Assembly (NCBI GenBank): GCA_028821265.1
Contig: JAPPGU010000008.1
Coordinates: 108,716 to 172,715 of the forward strand
Reading direction: 5' to 3'
DNA length: 64,000 nt
Source of the DNA: a bacterium
GTDB lineage: Bacteria > Actinomycetota > Acidimicrobiia > Spongiisociales > Spongiisociaceae
Below are positions 1 through 9,459 of this stretch, one piece after another (positions within the stretch are counted from its first letter, which is position 1; each line of letters opens with the position of its first letter). The notes below the pieces were generated by a model. That model made no database searches. It was not told the DNA's origin and saw only the letters and a list, made by a program, of their open reading frames with translations. A program made the position numbers and the translations under genes.

Positions 1-403
1 CGGGGTACCACCAGAAGTTCTCGGCGATCATGAACTTGATCCCGCTGTCCTCCACCACCTGGACGAGTTCCGCTACCTCCTCCGGTGAGGCGGCCATCGG
101 CTTCTCGCAGATGACATGCACACCGGCCGCGGCGGCCGCCTTGGTGACCGCCAGGTGGAGGAAGGGCGGCACGCAGACGGAAACGATGTCGAGGTCGGCC
201 TGCTCGATCATCTCCTCGAACGGACCGTAGACCTCGGGGATGCCATACTCGTCCGCTCTCTGCCGGGCCAGGTCGAGGTCGAGGTCGGCGATGGCCACCG
301 TCTCGACACCTTCTACGCGTTGCTGGACGGGCAGGTGGTAGACCGAGGCGGCGAAACCCGCCCCCACGCATCCGACCCTGTAGTTACCGTTGCGTTCGGC
401 CAC
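1..403 (-). CDS. Gfo/Idh/MocA family NAD(P)-dependent oxidoreductase, N-terminal part (runs off window start)
   Basis: Manual translation from GTG at 403 (RBS GAGGAG upstream): MAERNGNYRVGCVGAGFAASVYHLP...HVICEKPMA...ENFWWYP. Has the Rossmann GxGxxA and the EKP motif. Not in the ORF track because no stop lies in the window. Confidence 0.9.
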   Translation of the reverse strand, partial: MAERNGNYRVGCVGAGFAASVYHLPVQQRVEGVETVAIADLDLDLARQRADEYGIPEVYGPFEEMIEQADLDIVSVCVPPFLHLAVTKAAAAAGVHVICEKPMAASPEEVAELVQVVEDSGIKFMIAENFWWYP

Positions 404-423
404 CGGCTCCTCCTCGATACCCG

Positions 424-894
424 CTAGTCGGTCATTTCCTCGTACTTGGCGCTGATGTCATCCCACGGGACCAGAGTGTCGGCCCACCAATGGAGGCGGC
501 CCAGATAGACGCTCAACTCGTGGGTGTAGGCCAGGTACTCCTCGCGCGTCTCCATGTGGTCGAGCGCGTCGAGAGAACCACGCACCAGCGCGACGCTGTC
601 GTCGAGCCCGTACCAGTTGTGGAGTATGCCAAGCTGCGCGTCGCAGAACATCCGTACCACCTGCTTGAGCGTCTCCAGATCGAGCGACTCATCCCGGCCG
701 GCATTGCGTAGCACCGCCATGTCGTCGGCGAAGGCCCTGGTGTTCTCCTCGGCGCAGATGATCATCGGCCATCCGTACCCCTTGGTCCCCCGCCGGGTCG
801 TGAGCCTCCGGACCTCCTCCGGCATCTCGTACCAGATGGCATTGGTGGCGCGGTTCAGCACTTCAACGGTGTTCGCAACCCTGTAGTCCATCAT
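424..894 (-). CDS. Hypothetical helical protein resembling the cucumopine synthase C-terminal helical bundle domain
   Basis: 156 aa ORF between PTE and Gfo genes. Motifs IWYEMPEEVRR, LDLETLK and LDHMETREEY...YLGRLHWW...PW match the remembered pattern of that domain family; HMM check needed. Confidence 0.65.
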   Translation of the reverse strand: MMDYRVANTVEVLNRATNAIWYEMPEEVRRLTTRRGTKGYGWPMIICAEENTRAFADDMAVLRNAGRDESLDLETLKQVVRMFCDAQLGILHNWYGLDDSVALVRGSLDALDHMETREEYLAYTHELSVYLGRLHWWADTLVPWDDISAKYEEMTD

Positions 895-939
895 CCCATC
901 CTATCGGCCTCCGCCGGGGCGGCGCCAGACCCGACCCGG

Positions 940-1986
940 TCAGGCTGCCTTCATGGCGAGGGCGAGAGCGCGCGCCGGGTTGTCGATGACGGTCCCGTAG
1001 AGGGTGTTGACCGGCATGCCCCGCTTCTTGAGCGACGGGAGGATCACATTCATGATGTGGTCCCAGCCCGGGCCTCCGAAGCTCGACAGGCGGGCCTTCA
1101 GACCGATGTCGTGCGCAAAGAGGAGCTTGCCGCCCAGACCGTCCTCGACCATCCACTCGACTGTGGACATCCGGTCCTCGTCGGATACGTATACCCCGTC
1201 GGTCGGGCACGGGTGGCCCCAGTCGTCCAACTCCAGGAAGGTGTCGTAGGTTGCTATCTCCTCCAGATAGGGCCGGTCGTCGGTGCACAGGTCCAGGTGG
1301 CCGGCGATGACCCGGCTGGGATGCACGCCGTGGTCCTCGATCAGGAACCCGAGAATCGACGGCATCAGGCGCTGCTCGTGGAGCGCATGGATCTGGATGG
1401 CCGCACCGGTGGCGTGGTGGGTGATGGCGGCCGCTTCCAGGACCTTCCACTCGTTGCGCGTCACCGGGTCGGAGGTACCGATCTCCCCGATGATCCCGCA
1501 GCGGATGTCGGTCCCGTCGGCGCCGGTGGTGATGTCACCGATCATTCCCTCGGCCAACTCCTCGGCGGTCATCGAATCCACGTACCAGGGATGGGCATGG
1601 TCGACGTAGTACCCGGTGCCCGAGATGATGTTGATTCCGACATCGTCGGCGATCTTGCGCAATCCCCACACGTCCCTACCCAGACCGAGGTTCGAAGAGT
1701 CGACCACGCTGCGGCCCAGGGCCATCTTGAACCGCCTGATCTCCTGCGCGCTGAGCCTCCAGTCGGTGTTGATCAGGTTGTCGCGGCTGCGGTAGGGAAA
1801 CTCCCGGAGCAGCGCCGCGTTGTGGGGGGTCACCGGTACGTAGGAGTCGGACCCCAAGCCCCGATGCGTGCCTTCCAGGAACCACATGAGGCATGTGAAC
1901 AGCAGATGCTCGTGCATCATGGTCACGCCGAGTTGGTGAGGCTCGATGGGACCGTTGACAGTGATGATCTTGCCTGTTTCCTTCAT
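940..1986 (-). CDS. Phosphotriesterase-family (PHP-like) metallohydrolase #1
   Basis: TVNGP start, HEH, GEIG (Glu bridge), IHA, GHLD, HD metal ligands; DNPAR end. Confidence 0.92.
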   Translation of the reverse strand: MKETGKIITVNGPIEPHQLGVTMMHEHLLFTCLMWFLEGTHRGLGSDSYVPVTPHNAALLREFPYRSRDNLINTDWRLSAQEIRRFKMALGRSVVDSSNLGLGRDVWGLRKIADDVGINIISGTGYYVDHAHPWYVDSMTAEELAEGMIGDITTGADGTDIRCGIIGEIGTSDPVTRNEWKVLEAAAITHHATGAAIQIHALHEQRLMPSILGFLIEDHGVHPSRVIAGHLDLCTDDRPYLEEIATYDTFLELDDWGHPCPTDGVYVSDEDRMSTVEWMVEDGLGGKLLFAHDIGLKARLSSFGGPGWDHIMNVILPSLKKRGMPVNTLYGTVIDNPARALALAMKAA

Positions 1987-2051
1987 GGTCCCTCCGTCGC
2001 TTTTCCCGATGACACTAGGAGGGTACTGTGGCGCGGCACGGCGGACAGGCC

Positions 2052-2492
2052 TCAGAACAGGCCGGAGACCTTGACTTTGACGTCCGCCGCATCGGACTCG
2101 ACTATGACCGTGATGTTCTCCACCCCGGGGTTGTACACCCAGATGGCCCGGTCGACGCCCTCCTCCGTCCTCACATCGAGAGGCGGCTCGAGCGCACCCG
2201 TGTAGAAGTCGACGAGCTCGTCGAAACCGGCGGTCACCTCGAAGAAGACATCGTCACCCGCCCCCGTGGGTTCCCAGTAGGCCGAGGTCACGCCGGGCGG
2301 GACCAGCTCGGGCGGAAATCTCGCCGGGAGTCCTTCAGTGGGCGCGGCCACTGTCGTCGGCGGCAGCGTGGTCATGGACGCCGGCTCGGTGGTGGCGGGA
2401 GCGGTGGTCGTGGCGGTGGTGGTCGGGCCGGCGTCACCGCCGCACGCGGCGAAGAGTAGGAGGGCGGTCGCCGGAACTACTAGGCGTTTCAT
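2052..2492 (-). CDS. Small lipoprotein of unknown function with Thr-rich linker
   Basis: ATG at 2492 with GAGGG RBS. MKRLVVPATALLLFAAC lipobox followed by TTTATTTAP. The longer track ORF to 2789 overlaps the opposite-strand permease. Confidence 0.75.
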   Translation of the reverse strand: MKRLVVPATALLLFAACGGDAGPTTTATTTAPATTEPASMTTLPPTTVAAPTEGLPARFPPELVPPGVTSAYWEPTGAGDDVFFEVTAGFDELVDFYTGALEPPLDVRTEEGVDRAIWVYNPGVENITVIVESDAADVKVKVSGLF

Positions 2493-2626
2493 CAACCCTC
2501 CCGGAGACCCGCAATCGATCAGTCTGCGGTTGATCCTAACTCGCGGCCGATGGTGCAGTCGGTTGTAACAGGTGACGGATCGCAGGGCAGTGGGTAGCAT
2601 CCGCGACGCGTCTGTAGAGGAGCCGG

Positions 2627-3535
2627 ATGGCCAGAGGTAGTCGTCGGCGAGGTGTCTCGCCTCCGGCGCGACCTCCGAAGCAGTCGTTGCTGATCGCCCA
2701 GGCCGCCTTCGTCCCGGTGATCCTGGCGATCGTCTGGTTCTTGGTGACCCGGGAGACCACGCTGGACCCCATGAGCCTGCCCTCGTCACTGCGCCTGTTC
2801 TTCACAACCGGCAGTTCGGGTCTTACCCGCATCGACCCGGTGTACCTGCCCCCGCCCGAAGCGGTTTACCACAGCGCCATCGAACTCTCCGATGTTCTCC
2901 CGGGCGCCCTCTGGATCTCGATGCGGATCGTGCTGCTGGGCCTCGCGTTCGGGGGTGTGGCCGGCATCGCCACCGGCCTGATCCTCGGCTACAGCCCGAC
3001 GATCCGGCGGTACTTCGAGGCCACGCTCGACAACCTGGTGCGCCCGGTCCCGTTCATCGCGTTCATCTACCTGTTCATCCTCTGGTTCAGGGTCGAGGCC
3101 GTCCGACTCGTCGTGCTCGTGGCCATCGGGATTTTCCTGCTTCTGAGCCTGACCACTCTCGAGGCGGTACGGAACGTCCCCCAGATCTACGTCAAGGCGG
3201 CCCTGACCGCCGGGGCGGAACGGTTCCGCATCTACCGAACGGTCGTCGTCCCGGCCATTACGCCGCACCTGATCGCATCCGTACGGTTGGGAGCCGCCTA
3301 CGCCTGGGGGCTGCTTGTCGCAGCCGAGCTAGCCGGTAGCCAGCAGGGTCTCGGCTACATCCTGATCAGCCGGGTCAACTTCTACCTGGACACGGCTTCC
3401 GCGGTGCTCATCGTGTTCATCTTCTGCTCCATGGCGGTGGTCTTCGATCAATCGGTACGGTACGCCGCCGGTCGGCTGACCAGGTGGAGCCCTCGGGCGA
3501 GGCGGGGAATGGTCGGCCACATGCTGGGGAATTGA
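2627..3535 (+). CDS. ABC transporter permease, NitT/TauT (SsuC/TauC-like) family
   Basis: GAGGAG RBS, hydrophobic helices, RPVP motif, AALTAGA loop, VAAELAG. Confidence 0.88.
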   Translation: MARGSRRRGVSPPARPPKQSLLIAQAAFVPVILAIVWFLVTRETTLDPMSLPSSLRLFFTTGSSGLTRIDPVYLPPPEAVYHSAIELSDVLPGALWISMRIVLLGLAFGGVAGIATGLILGYSPTIRRYFEATLDNLVRPVPFIAFIYLFILWFRVEAVRLVVLVAIGIFLLLSLTTLEAVRNVPQIYVKAALTAGAERFRIYRTVVVPAITPHLIASVRLGAAYAWGLLVAAELAGSQQGLGYILISRVNFYLDTASAVLIVFIFCSMAVVFDQSVRYAAGRLTRWSPRARRGMVGHMLGN

Positions 3536-3540
3536 CGCGA

Positions 3541-4401
3541 ATGCGGCGACTAGGCCTTCGACGGTCCAGAACGGAGAGGAGGGAGGTTCAACTCCAGATC
3601 CAACCGGTGACCGCCGGACCGGCGCGCCGGCTGGCCGAGGCTTCGGTGGTACCGCTCGTCCTGGTAGCGGTCTGGTATGCGCTGACGCGAAACATCCTCG
3701 ATCCCGGCATTTACCCCGGCCCGGACAAGGTTCTCGCGTCCCTGGTGGAGATCATCGATCTCATCCCCTCCGCTACCTGGGTGTCGCTGCGCATGGTGTT
3801 GCTGGGAATGGCGGTGGGTAGCGTCGCCGGGTTGGCCACGGGCATCGTCTTCGGTTACAGCGCGTTCATCCGTCGGTTCTTCGAGGCAACCCTGGACAAC
3901 CTGGTCCGTCCCGTTCCGTTGTTCGCGCTTATCCCGTTCTTCATCCTCTGGTTCGGGGTCGGGTACGCGCCCCAGGTGTCTCTGGTCGCACTGGCCATGT
4001 TCCTCCTGTGGACGCTCGTCACCTTGGAGGCCATACGCAACGTCCCGCATATCTACATGCAGGCCGCACTCACAACGGGAGCGAGCCGCTTTCACATATA
4101 CAGGACGGTGGTGGTGCCGGCCATCATGCCGCACCTGGTGGGCTCACTCCGCCTGGCCGCAGCCTCTGCCTGGGGCCTCGATGCGGCCGTGGAACTCATA
4201 GGCGGTTCCCGAACCGGACTGGGCTTCATCCTGCTGGTTCGTAACCAGTACCTCGATCCGGCCGGGATGATGATGATCGTGTTCATCTTCTGCACGATGG
4301 CGATAATCTTCGACCAGACGGTTCGCCTCATTTCGGCGCGAATAATTCGCTGGAGCCCACGCAGCGACCGCGGCCTCGTAGGTAGCATGCTCGGTAACTA
4401 A
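3541..4401 (+). CDS. ABC transporter permease, NitT/TauT family (second subunit)
   Basis: Paralog of the upstream permease (FFEATLDNLVRPVP, AALTTGA). Start at 3541 chosen to avoid overlap. Confidence 0.87.
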   Translation: MRRLGLRRSRTERREVQLQIQPVTAGPARRLAEASVVPLVLVAVWYALTRNILDPGIYPGPDKVLASLVEIIDLIPSATWVSLRMVLLGMAVGSVAGLATGIVFGYSAFIRRFFEATLDNLVRPVPLFALIPFFILWFGVGYAPQVSLVALAMFLLWTLVTLEAIRNVPHIYMQAALTTGASRFHIYRTVVVPAIMPHLVGSLRLAAASAWGLDAAVELIGGSRTGLGFILLVRNQYLDPAGMMMIVFIFCTMAIIFDQTVRLISARIIRWSPRSDRGLVGSMLGN

Positions 4402-4486
4402 GTGGGAAGCAGGCTGCCGGCGCGGCCTCCGCAGCCTTAATGATGCCCGGCAGGAGAGTACGCACTCCCACGAGATGGGAGGCAAA

Positions 4487-5842
4487 ATGCGACGCTCACC
4501 CAGGAAATGGCTCTTCATCCCGATCATGATGGTCCTAGCCCTGATGGCGACGGCTTGCGGGAGCGACGAACCTGCCGCCACCACGGCGGCGCCGACCACC
4601 GCCGCGCCGACTACCACGGCCGCGCCCACCACTACGGCCGCGCCGACTACCACGGCCGCGCCCGCGCCTACCACCACCGCTCCCCCGACGACGGTGATCC
4701 GGGAGGTGGTCGAGGTGGTCGAGGTGGTCCGCGAGGTGGTCGTGGAGCCGGAGGAAGAGGAGATGGGCCCGATGATCCCGGATGCGCCGCTGGTGACGGT
4801 GCGGATCAACGGTGGACCTTTCTATCCGTTCAACCTGTGGGCCGCGTCCAAGGAGTTGGGCATCGCCGACGAACTCAACATCGAGTTGGACATCTCGAGC
4901 CAGGGCTTCTTCCCGACCGCCGCACTGAAGCGGGGTGAGTTCGACGTGATCGCCTCGTGCCCGGCCTGCGCGTTCGGCGTGTACGAGAGCATTCCGGAGT
5001 TCCGTAACTGGATCACGTCCTACCAGTGGAGGGGATTCCAGCTGATCGGCCGCGCCGATCCCGAGACCGGCGCCCCGGTACACAAGCCATGGATCGACTT
5101 CTTCGTCGACGCCGGCGGTGACTTGGATCAAGCCAACCGGGAGTTCGCGGCATCGCTCGCCGGACGGAGCTTCGCAATCTGGGATCCCGGTGGCATCGCG
5201 ACGCTCAAGGCCCTGATCGAGCAGGGCGGGTTGACCCTTGACGATATCGAGATCATCGGCTTCGCCGACATCAACGTAGCCTCTACGTCGTTCATCGCCG
5301 GCGAGGGTGACTACCACTCCGGTGACAGCATCCAGATGCACCGGATGCTGACCGCACCCGACCTTAGAGACAGCTTCGTATCGGCTGCCCCGTTCCAAGC
5401 CTACGGGGCGACCGGGTTGTGGTACAGCACCTTCGCGTCCACCCAGGACTGGCTGGACGCCAACGAGGAAACGGCGCTGCGAATGCTGGCAATCTGGTAC
5501 CGGACCACCCGCTACCTGCACAACCGCACCGCCGACGTGCTCCCGCCCATGCACGAGGCAGTGCGCCGGGCCGGCGGAGTCCTGGTGGACGACGAGACGC
5601 TCAAGGCCGAGTTGTTCAACATCGAGGACTTCGTGCGGTACCAGGATGCGTGGGATCACTACTTCGCCGACGGTTCGCCCACCAACATGGACCTGTCCAT
5701 CGCCCTCACCCACAAGAACGCGGTGGAGGCCGGGACCGTGGGGGCCGACTCGGACTGGCGGGTCTTCGAGGTCGAGAAGGAATGGTTCCAGAAACTGATG
5801 GCCAGACAGGACCTGGTCAACTGGATCATGAAGCCGCTGTAG
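4487..5842 (+). CDS. ABC substrate-binding lipoprotein, SsuA/THI5-like
   Basis: GGGAGG RBS, ALMATAC lipobox, (TTAAP)n linker, follows two permeases. Confidence 0.82.
   Translation: MRRSPRKWLFIPIMMVLALMATACGSDEPAATTAAPTTAAPTTTAAPTTTAAPTTTAAPAPTTTAPPTTVIREVVEVVEVVREVVVEPEEEEMGPMIPDAPLVTVRINGGPFYPFNLWAASKELGIADELNIELDISSQGFFPTAALKRGEFDVIASCPACAFGVYESIPEFRNWITSYQWRGFQLIGRADPETGAPVHKPWIDFFVDAGGDLDQANREFAASLAGRSFAIWDPGGIATLKALIEQGGLTLDDIEIIGFADINVASTSFIAGEGDYHSGDSIQMHRMLTAPDLRDSFVSAAPFQAYGATGLWYSTFASTQDWLDANEETALRMLAIWYRTTRYLHNRTADVLPPMHEAVRRAGGVLVDDETLKAELFNIEDFVRYQDAWDHYFADGSPTNMDLSIALTHKNAVEAGTVGADSDWRVFEVEKEWFQKLMARQDLVNWIMKPL
4580..4750 (+). repeat. Coding low-complexity repeats: about five TT(T)AAP units followed by V/E-rich EVVEVVEVVREVVVE
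   Basis: Directly visible ACC/ACG/GCC/GCG/CCG tandem codons and repeated GAGGTGGTC. Confidence 0.85.
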
Positions 5843-5856
5843 CGACAAGCAACCTA

Positions 5857-5890
5857 GAGCAGGCCCCGGACCGGAGCCCGGGGCCTGCTC
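5857..5890 (+). terminator. GC-rich hairpin after the SBP gene (terminator or mRNA-stabilising stem)
   Basis: GAGCAGGCCCCGG-8 nt-CCGGGGCCTGCTC, perfect 13-bp stem 14 nt after the stop; no U-tract. Confidence 0.65.
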
Positions 5891-5922
5891 CGCGCACCGT
5901 GCCGCCCATAGGAGAGAAGGAA

Positions 5923-7101
5923 GTGACCGACGTCAGCGGGAGGGTGGCCGCCGGGTTCGAGCCGGTGGTGGAGGCCTTCGAGGAGAACTTCGCCGTCCGG
6001 GGCGAGGTCGGGGCCGAGTTCTGCGCCTACGTCGGGGGCGAGCCGGTGGTCGACATCTGGGCCGGGATGGCCGCCCCCGGGAGGCCATGGCTCGAGGACA
6101 CGTTGGTGCCCGTGTTCTCGGTCACCAAGGGGCCGACCGCCTTGGTAGCCCAGATGCTGGTTGACCGCGGCCTTATGGACCTGGACACCCCGGTGTGCGA
6201 GTACTGGCCGGCGTTTGCGGCCCGGGGCAAGGGTGATGCCCGGGTGCGGGAGGTTCTCGGCCACACCCTGGGGCTTCCGTCCTTCCCCGACTACTGGAAC
6301 CTGGTGAGCTTCGACGCTGCGGAGGGATGGCACCGGTATGGGGAGATCTCGTCGAGGCTGGCCGCCGCTCCCCTCGCCTGGGAACCGGGGACCCGGGTGG
6401 GTTACCACTCCATCACCTACGGCTGGCTGGTGGCGGAGCTGGTGCGGCGGATCGACGGCCGGACCGTGGGCGCCTTCTTCGCCGAGGAGGTGGCCGACCC
6501 GTTGGGACTCGACTTCTGGATCGGGCTTCCTACCGAACATCGCGATCGGGTCGCCAGGCTGTGGCACGATCCCGACCCCGCGTTCGACCTCGTCGAGGCG
6601 CTGGGAGGACCCGAGAGGGCGGCCGGCGCGGCCCTGTTCATCGGCCCGGAGCGCGGATCCCCGATCGACCTCGCCAACGACCCCGACTTCTGGACGGCCG
6701 AGATGCCGGCCGTGAACGGCGTCGGCACCGCCCGTAGCGTGGCGCGGATGTACGCCATGCTGGCCGCGGGCGGGGAACTGGACGGTGTGCGCCTGGTGTC
6801 CGAGGAGTCGGTGGCCGCACACGGTGCTGAGGAAGCCAGGGGTACCGACGCCGTCTTCGGGGGCGAGACCCGCGTGGCGCTCGGGTACGGGCGTTCGACG
6901 CCCGGAGGGCTGTCGTTCGGACCGAACGACGAGGCGTTCGGGATGCAGGGGATCGGAGGATCGGTTGGCTACGCGGATCCGGTCGCCGAGGTCGGCTTCG
7001 GCTACGCCATGAACCAGACCCACATGGAGGTCGGCACCGACCGCCGGCCCCGAGTCCTCTCAGCCGCCCTCTACCGAGCGATCGCCCGCCAAGGCGGTTG
7101 A
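5923..7101 (+). CDS. Serine hydrolase, beta-lactamase class C/EstB-like family
   Basis: GTG at 5923 after AGGAAG/GGAG; FSVTKG (SxxK), YHSITY, LGLDFWIGLP. Confidence 0.9.
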   Translation: MTDVSGRVAAGFEPVVEAFEENFAVRGEVGAEFCAYVGGEPVVDIWAGMAAPGRPWLEDTLVPVFSVTKGPTALVAQMLVDRGLMDLDTPVCEYWPAFAARGKGDARVREVLGHTLGLPSFPDYWNLVSFDAAEGWHRYGEISSRLAAAPLAWEPGTRVGYHSITYGWLVAELVRRIDGRTVGAFFAEEVADPLGLDFWIGLPTEHRDRVARLWHDPDPAFDLVEALGGPERAAGAALFIGPERGSPIDLANDPDFWTAEMPAVNGVGTARSVARMYAMLAAGGELDGVRLVSEESVAAHGAEEARGTDAVFGGETRVALGYGRSTPGGLSFGPNDEAFGMQGIGGSVGYADPVAEVGFGYAMNQTHMEVGTDRRPRVLSAALYRAIARQGG

Positions 7102-7117
7102 TACCGATCAACAGGGA

Positions 7118-7894
7118 TCAGACCGGGTTGTCCTTGCCCTCTGGACCCATGGCTGTGTACCCGCCGTCCACCTTGAGATCGATGCCGGTGATGAACGAGG
7201 CGTCGTCGCTGCAGAGAAACAGGATCGCCCTGGCCACATCCATCGTCTCGCCACAGCGGTCGAGCATGAGGCGCGGGATGATGTAGTCCTCGAATGCCTG
7301 GCGCTCCATGACGTTGGCGGTGGCTTCGGTCCAGGTCCATCCCGGGCTGACCGTGTTGGCCCGGATGCCGTAGGCGCCCAGGTCGAGGGCCATGCACTTC
7401 GTCATCGCCACCAGCGCCCCCTTGGTGCTGTGATAGGTCCAGGCGCCCGGCTTGGCGACTCCCGCCACCACGCTCGCCACGTTCACGATGGCGCCGTTGC
7501 CCGCCTGCTTCAGCGGCTCGAAGGCGGCCCGGACCATGTTGGTAGCGCCCAGAACGTTGGTGGACCAGCTGGCCTCCCACTCCTCCCTGGTCACATCCAG
7601 CCCCGCGACCACGAAGCTGGCTGCATTGTTGACCAGGCAATCGACCCGGCCGAACGTGTCGACCGCAGCCGCCACCGCCCGGCGGCAGTCTTCCACTCGT
7701 GCCACGCTGCCGCGCACCGACCGCAGTGCGTCGGGCGAGCAGTCGAGGCCTCGAACGAGGGTGTCGTGGTCCACCGGCCGACGATCGAGCACCACCACCC
7801 GGGCGCCCTCCCGGAGGAATTCGCCGGCGGTTGCCCGGCCGATCCCGGACGCCCCCCCGGTAACCAGCACCACCCGATTCTCGAAGCGCATCAT
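7118..7894 (-). CDS. Short-chain dehydrogenase/reductase
   Basis: TGGASGIG, NNA, YHSTK, IRANTVSPG. Confidence 0.92.
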   Translation of the reverse strand: MMRFENRVVLVTGGASGIGRATAGEFLREGARVVVLDRRPVDHDTLVRGLDCSPDALRSVRGSVARVEDCRRAVAAAVDTFGRVDCLVNNAASFVVAGLDVTREEWEASWSTNVLGATNMVRAAFEPLKQAGNGAIVNVASVVAGVAKPGAWTYHSTKGALVAMTKCMALDLGAYGIRANTVSPGWTWTEATANVMERQAFEDYIIPRLMLDRCGETMDVARAILFLCSDDASFITGIDLKVDGGYTAMGPEGKDNPV

Positions 7895-8023
7895 GAGGGT
7901 CTCCATTCCCGAGGAGCCATGGCCTGAGACCTCACCCGGTGAGGGTCCCACGCCGCCTGCCCGCAAGCGTATGGCCGGCCCGGGTGGGCGTCAACATCGT
8001 GGTGCTCGCAGGCGTCACGCCGG

Positions 8024-8245
8024 CTAGATGGTTGTATCCCGCTCGATGGCCTGCCAGCGGCCGCAGCCTCCGGCGTGGAACCAGCGCTCCTGCTTCGCTC
8101 CCTCCGTGTTGCTCATCATGAAGCCACGGTCCACATCACGTTCGTCGGCTCCGGTCAGGTGGTCGGGAGGGTCGGGAACCTCGCCGTACACCCACTCGTC
8201 GACCGGGCGGACACCACAATGCGGGCAGTGGAGACGCAGGGCCAT
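8024..8245 (-). CDS. soxD: Sarcosine oxidase delta-subunit-like Zn protein
   Basis: CPHCGxRPxxEW and ERWFHAGGCGRW; start overlaps the beta-subunit stop. Confidence 0.85.
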   Translation of the reverse strand: MALRLHCPHCGVRPVDEWVYGEVPDPPDHLTGADERDVDRGFMMSNTEGAKQERWFHAGGCGRWQAIERDTTI

Positions 8246-9459
8246 CAGTGCGTCGTCCCGGTCGAACCGGGGTCGAACATCAGCCGGTCCTCCTTGAAGC
8301 GGTTCAGGGAGAAAGGGGCGATCAGCTCGGGCGTGCGATCCGTGGCTATGAGCTCCGCCATTTGCTCGCCGCCGGCGGGGATCCCCTTGAATCCCCACGT
8401 TCCCCAGCCTGTCGTGACCAGGAAGCCGTCCACCCCCGTGTATCCCATTATCGGGGACAGGTCGACCGACATGTCACAGACGCCGGCCCACTGGCGCAGG
8501 ATCGTCAGGTTCCTCAGGAACGGGAGAAGGGTGACGGCGGGAAGCGAGCAATGCGAGAGGAACTCGTAGCTGGAACGGTACGAGTAGCTCGGCTGGCTGT
8601 CGATGCCGGCGCCCAGGAGCATCTCTCCTCTCGGCGTCTGGCTTACGTAGAAACCCATCTCCGCCGATGCGACGATGGGGCGGAAGGAACCGGCGTAGTG
8701 GTTGGTGACGAACGCCTGGAGGGGATGGGTGCGGATCGGTAGCCGCACTCCTGCCATGGCCGCCAGGGTCGAGACATGGCCCCCCACCGCGCTCACGACG
8801 ACTCCGGCCGACACCGGTCCCCGGTCGGTCAGCACACCCGTGACCCGGTCTCCGGGCTTGAGCAGGCCGGTCACGGCGGTTCGCTGGTGGACGTGGACCC
8901 CGAGCTTCATAGCGCCCTCCGCCAGCGCCCACACCACCCGGTCATGGCGCGCCGTGGCGGCGTGGGGACTGTACGTGCCCCCCGTTACCCGGTACTCGCC
9001 ACCCCCGGCGTTCAGGTCCACCTCCGGACAGATCCGGCCCACCTCCTCCGGAGTCACGTACACCGTGTCGGCTCCGAAGGCCTGGTTGACGATGGACCGC
9101 GCCCGCTCGTGGCGGGTACCGGGAGTCCCGTGGACCAACCACAGGAGACCCTTGCGGTCGTGCATGATCCAGCGCCCGGTCTCCTCCTCCAACCTGGAGT
9201 AGAGGTCGACGCTCCGCTGGTAGAAGCGGACCGCCTCGGGGATTCCGTAGTTCGCCCGGATGATGGTGGTGTTACGACCGGAGTTGCCCGATCCGATGTA
9301 GCCACGTTCCAGAACCGCCACGTTCGTCATCCCGTGGCGGGTAGCCAGGTGATAGGCGGTCGACAGGCCATGCCCGCCTCCCCCGACGATCACCACGTCG
9401 TAGGACGATCGGAGGTCCTCCCACCCGAAGGCCACCTGGGCTTCGATGAACTCGTTCAT
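8245..9459 (-). CDS. soxB: Sarcosine oxidase beta-subunit-like FAD oxidoreductase
   Basis: YDVVIVGGGGHGLSTAYHLA, GRNTTIIRANY, GWGTWGFKG. Confidence 0.88.
   Translation of the reverse strand: MNEFIEAQVAFGWEDLRSSYDVVIVGGGGHGLSTAYHLATRHGMTNVAVLERGYIGSGNSGRNTTIIRANYGIPEAVRFYQRSVDLYSRLEEETGRWIMHDRKGLLWLVHGTPGTRHERARSIVNQAFGADTVYVTPEEVGRICPEVDLNAGGGEYRVTGGTYSPHAATARHDRVVWALAEGAMKLGVHVHQRTAVTGLLKPGDRVTGVLTDRGPVSAGVVVSAVGGHVSTLAAMAGVRLPIRTHPLQAFVTNHYAGSFRPIVASAEMGFYVSQTPRGEMLLGAGIDSQPSYSYRSSYEFLSHCSLPAVTLLPFLRNLTILRQWAGVCDMSVDLSPIMGYTGVDGFLVTTGWGTWGFKGIPAGGEQMAELIATDRTPELIAPFSLNRFKEDRLMFDPGSTGTTH

Noticed and set aside
4580-4692. Tandem repeats as a possible CRISPR array or non-coding repeat
   Set aside because: They are in-frame codon repeats of a lipoprotein linker, with no spacers and no cas genes.
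5419-5922. N-terminal extension of the serine hydrolase ORF
   Set aside because: It overlaps the SBP gene in another frame and crosses the hairpin; GTG 5923 has an RBS.
5923-7101. Antibiotic-resistance beta-lactamase
   Set aside because: There is no signal peptide and the motifs fit the esterase-like (EstB) branch of the family.
8000-8030. Stop-codon readthrough or recoding at the short-looking end of soxD (RDTTI-TAG)
   Set aside because: A TGA follows two codons later and no recoding signal is evident.
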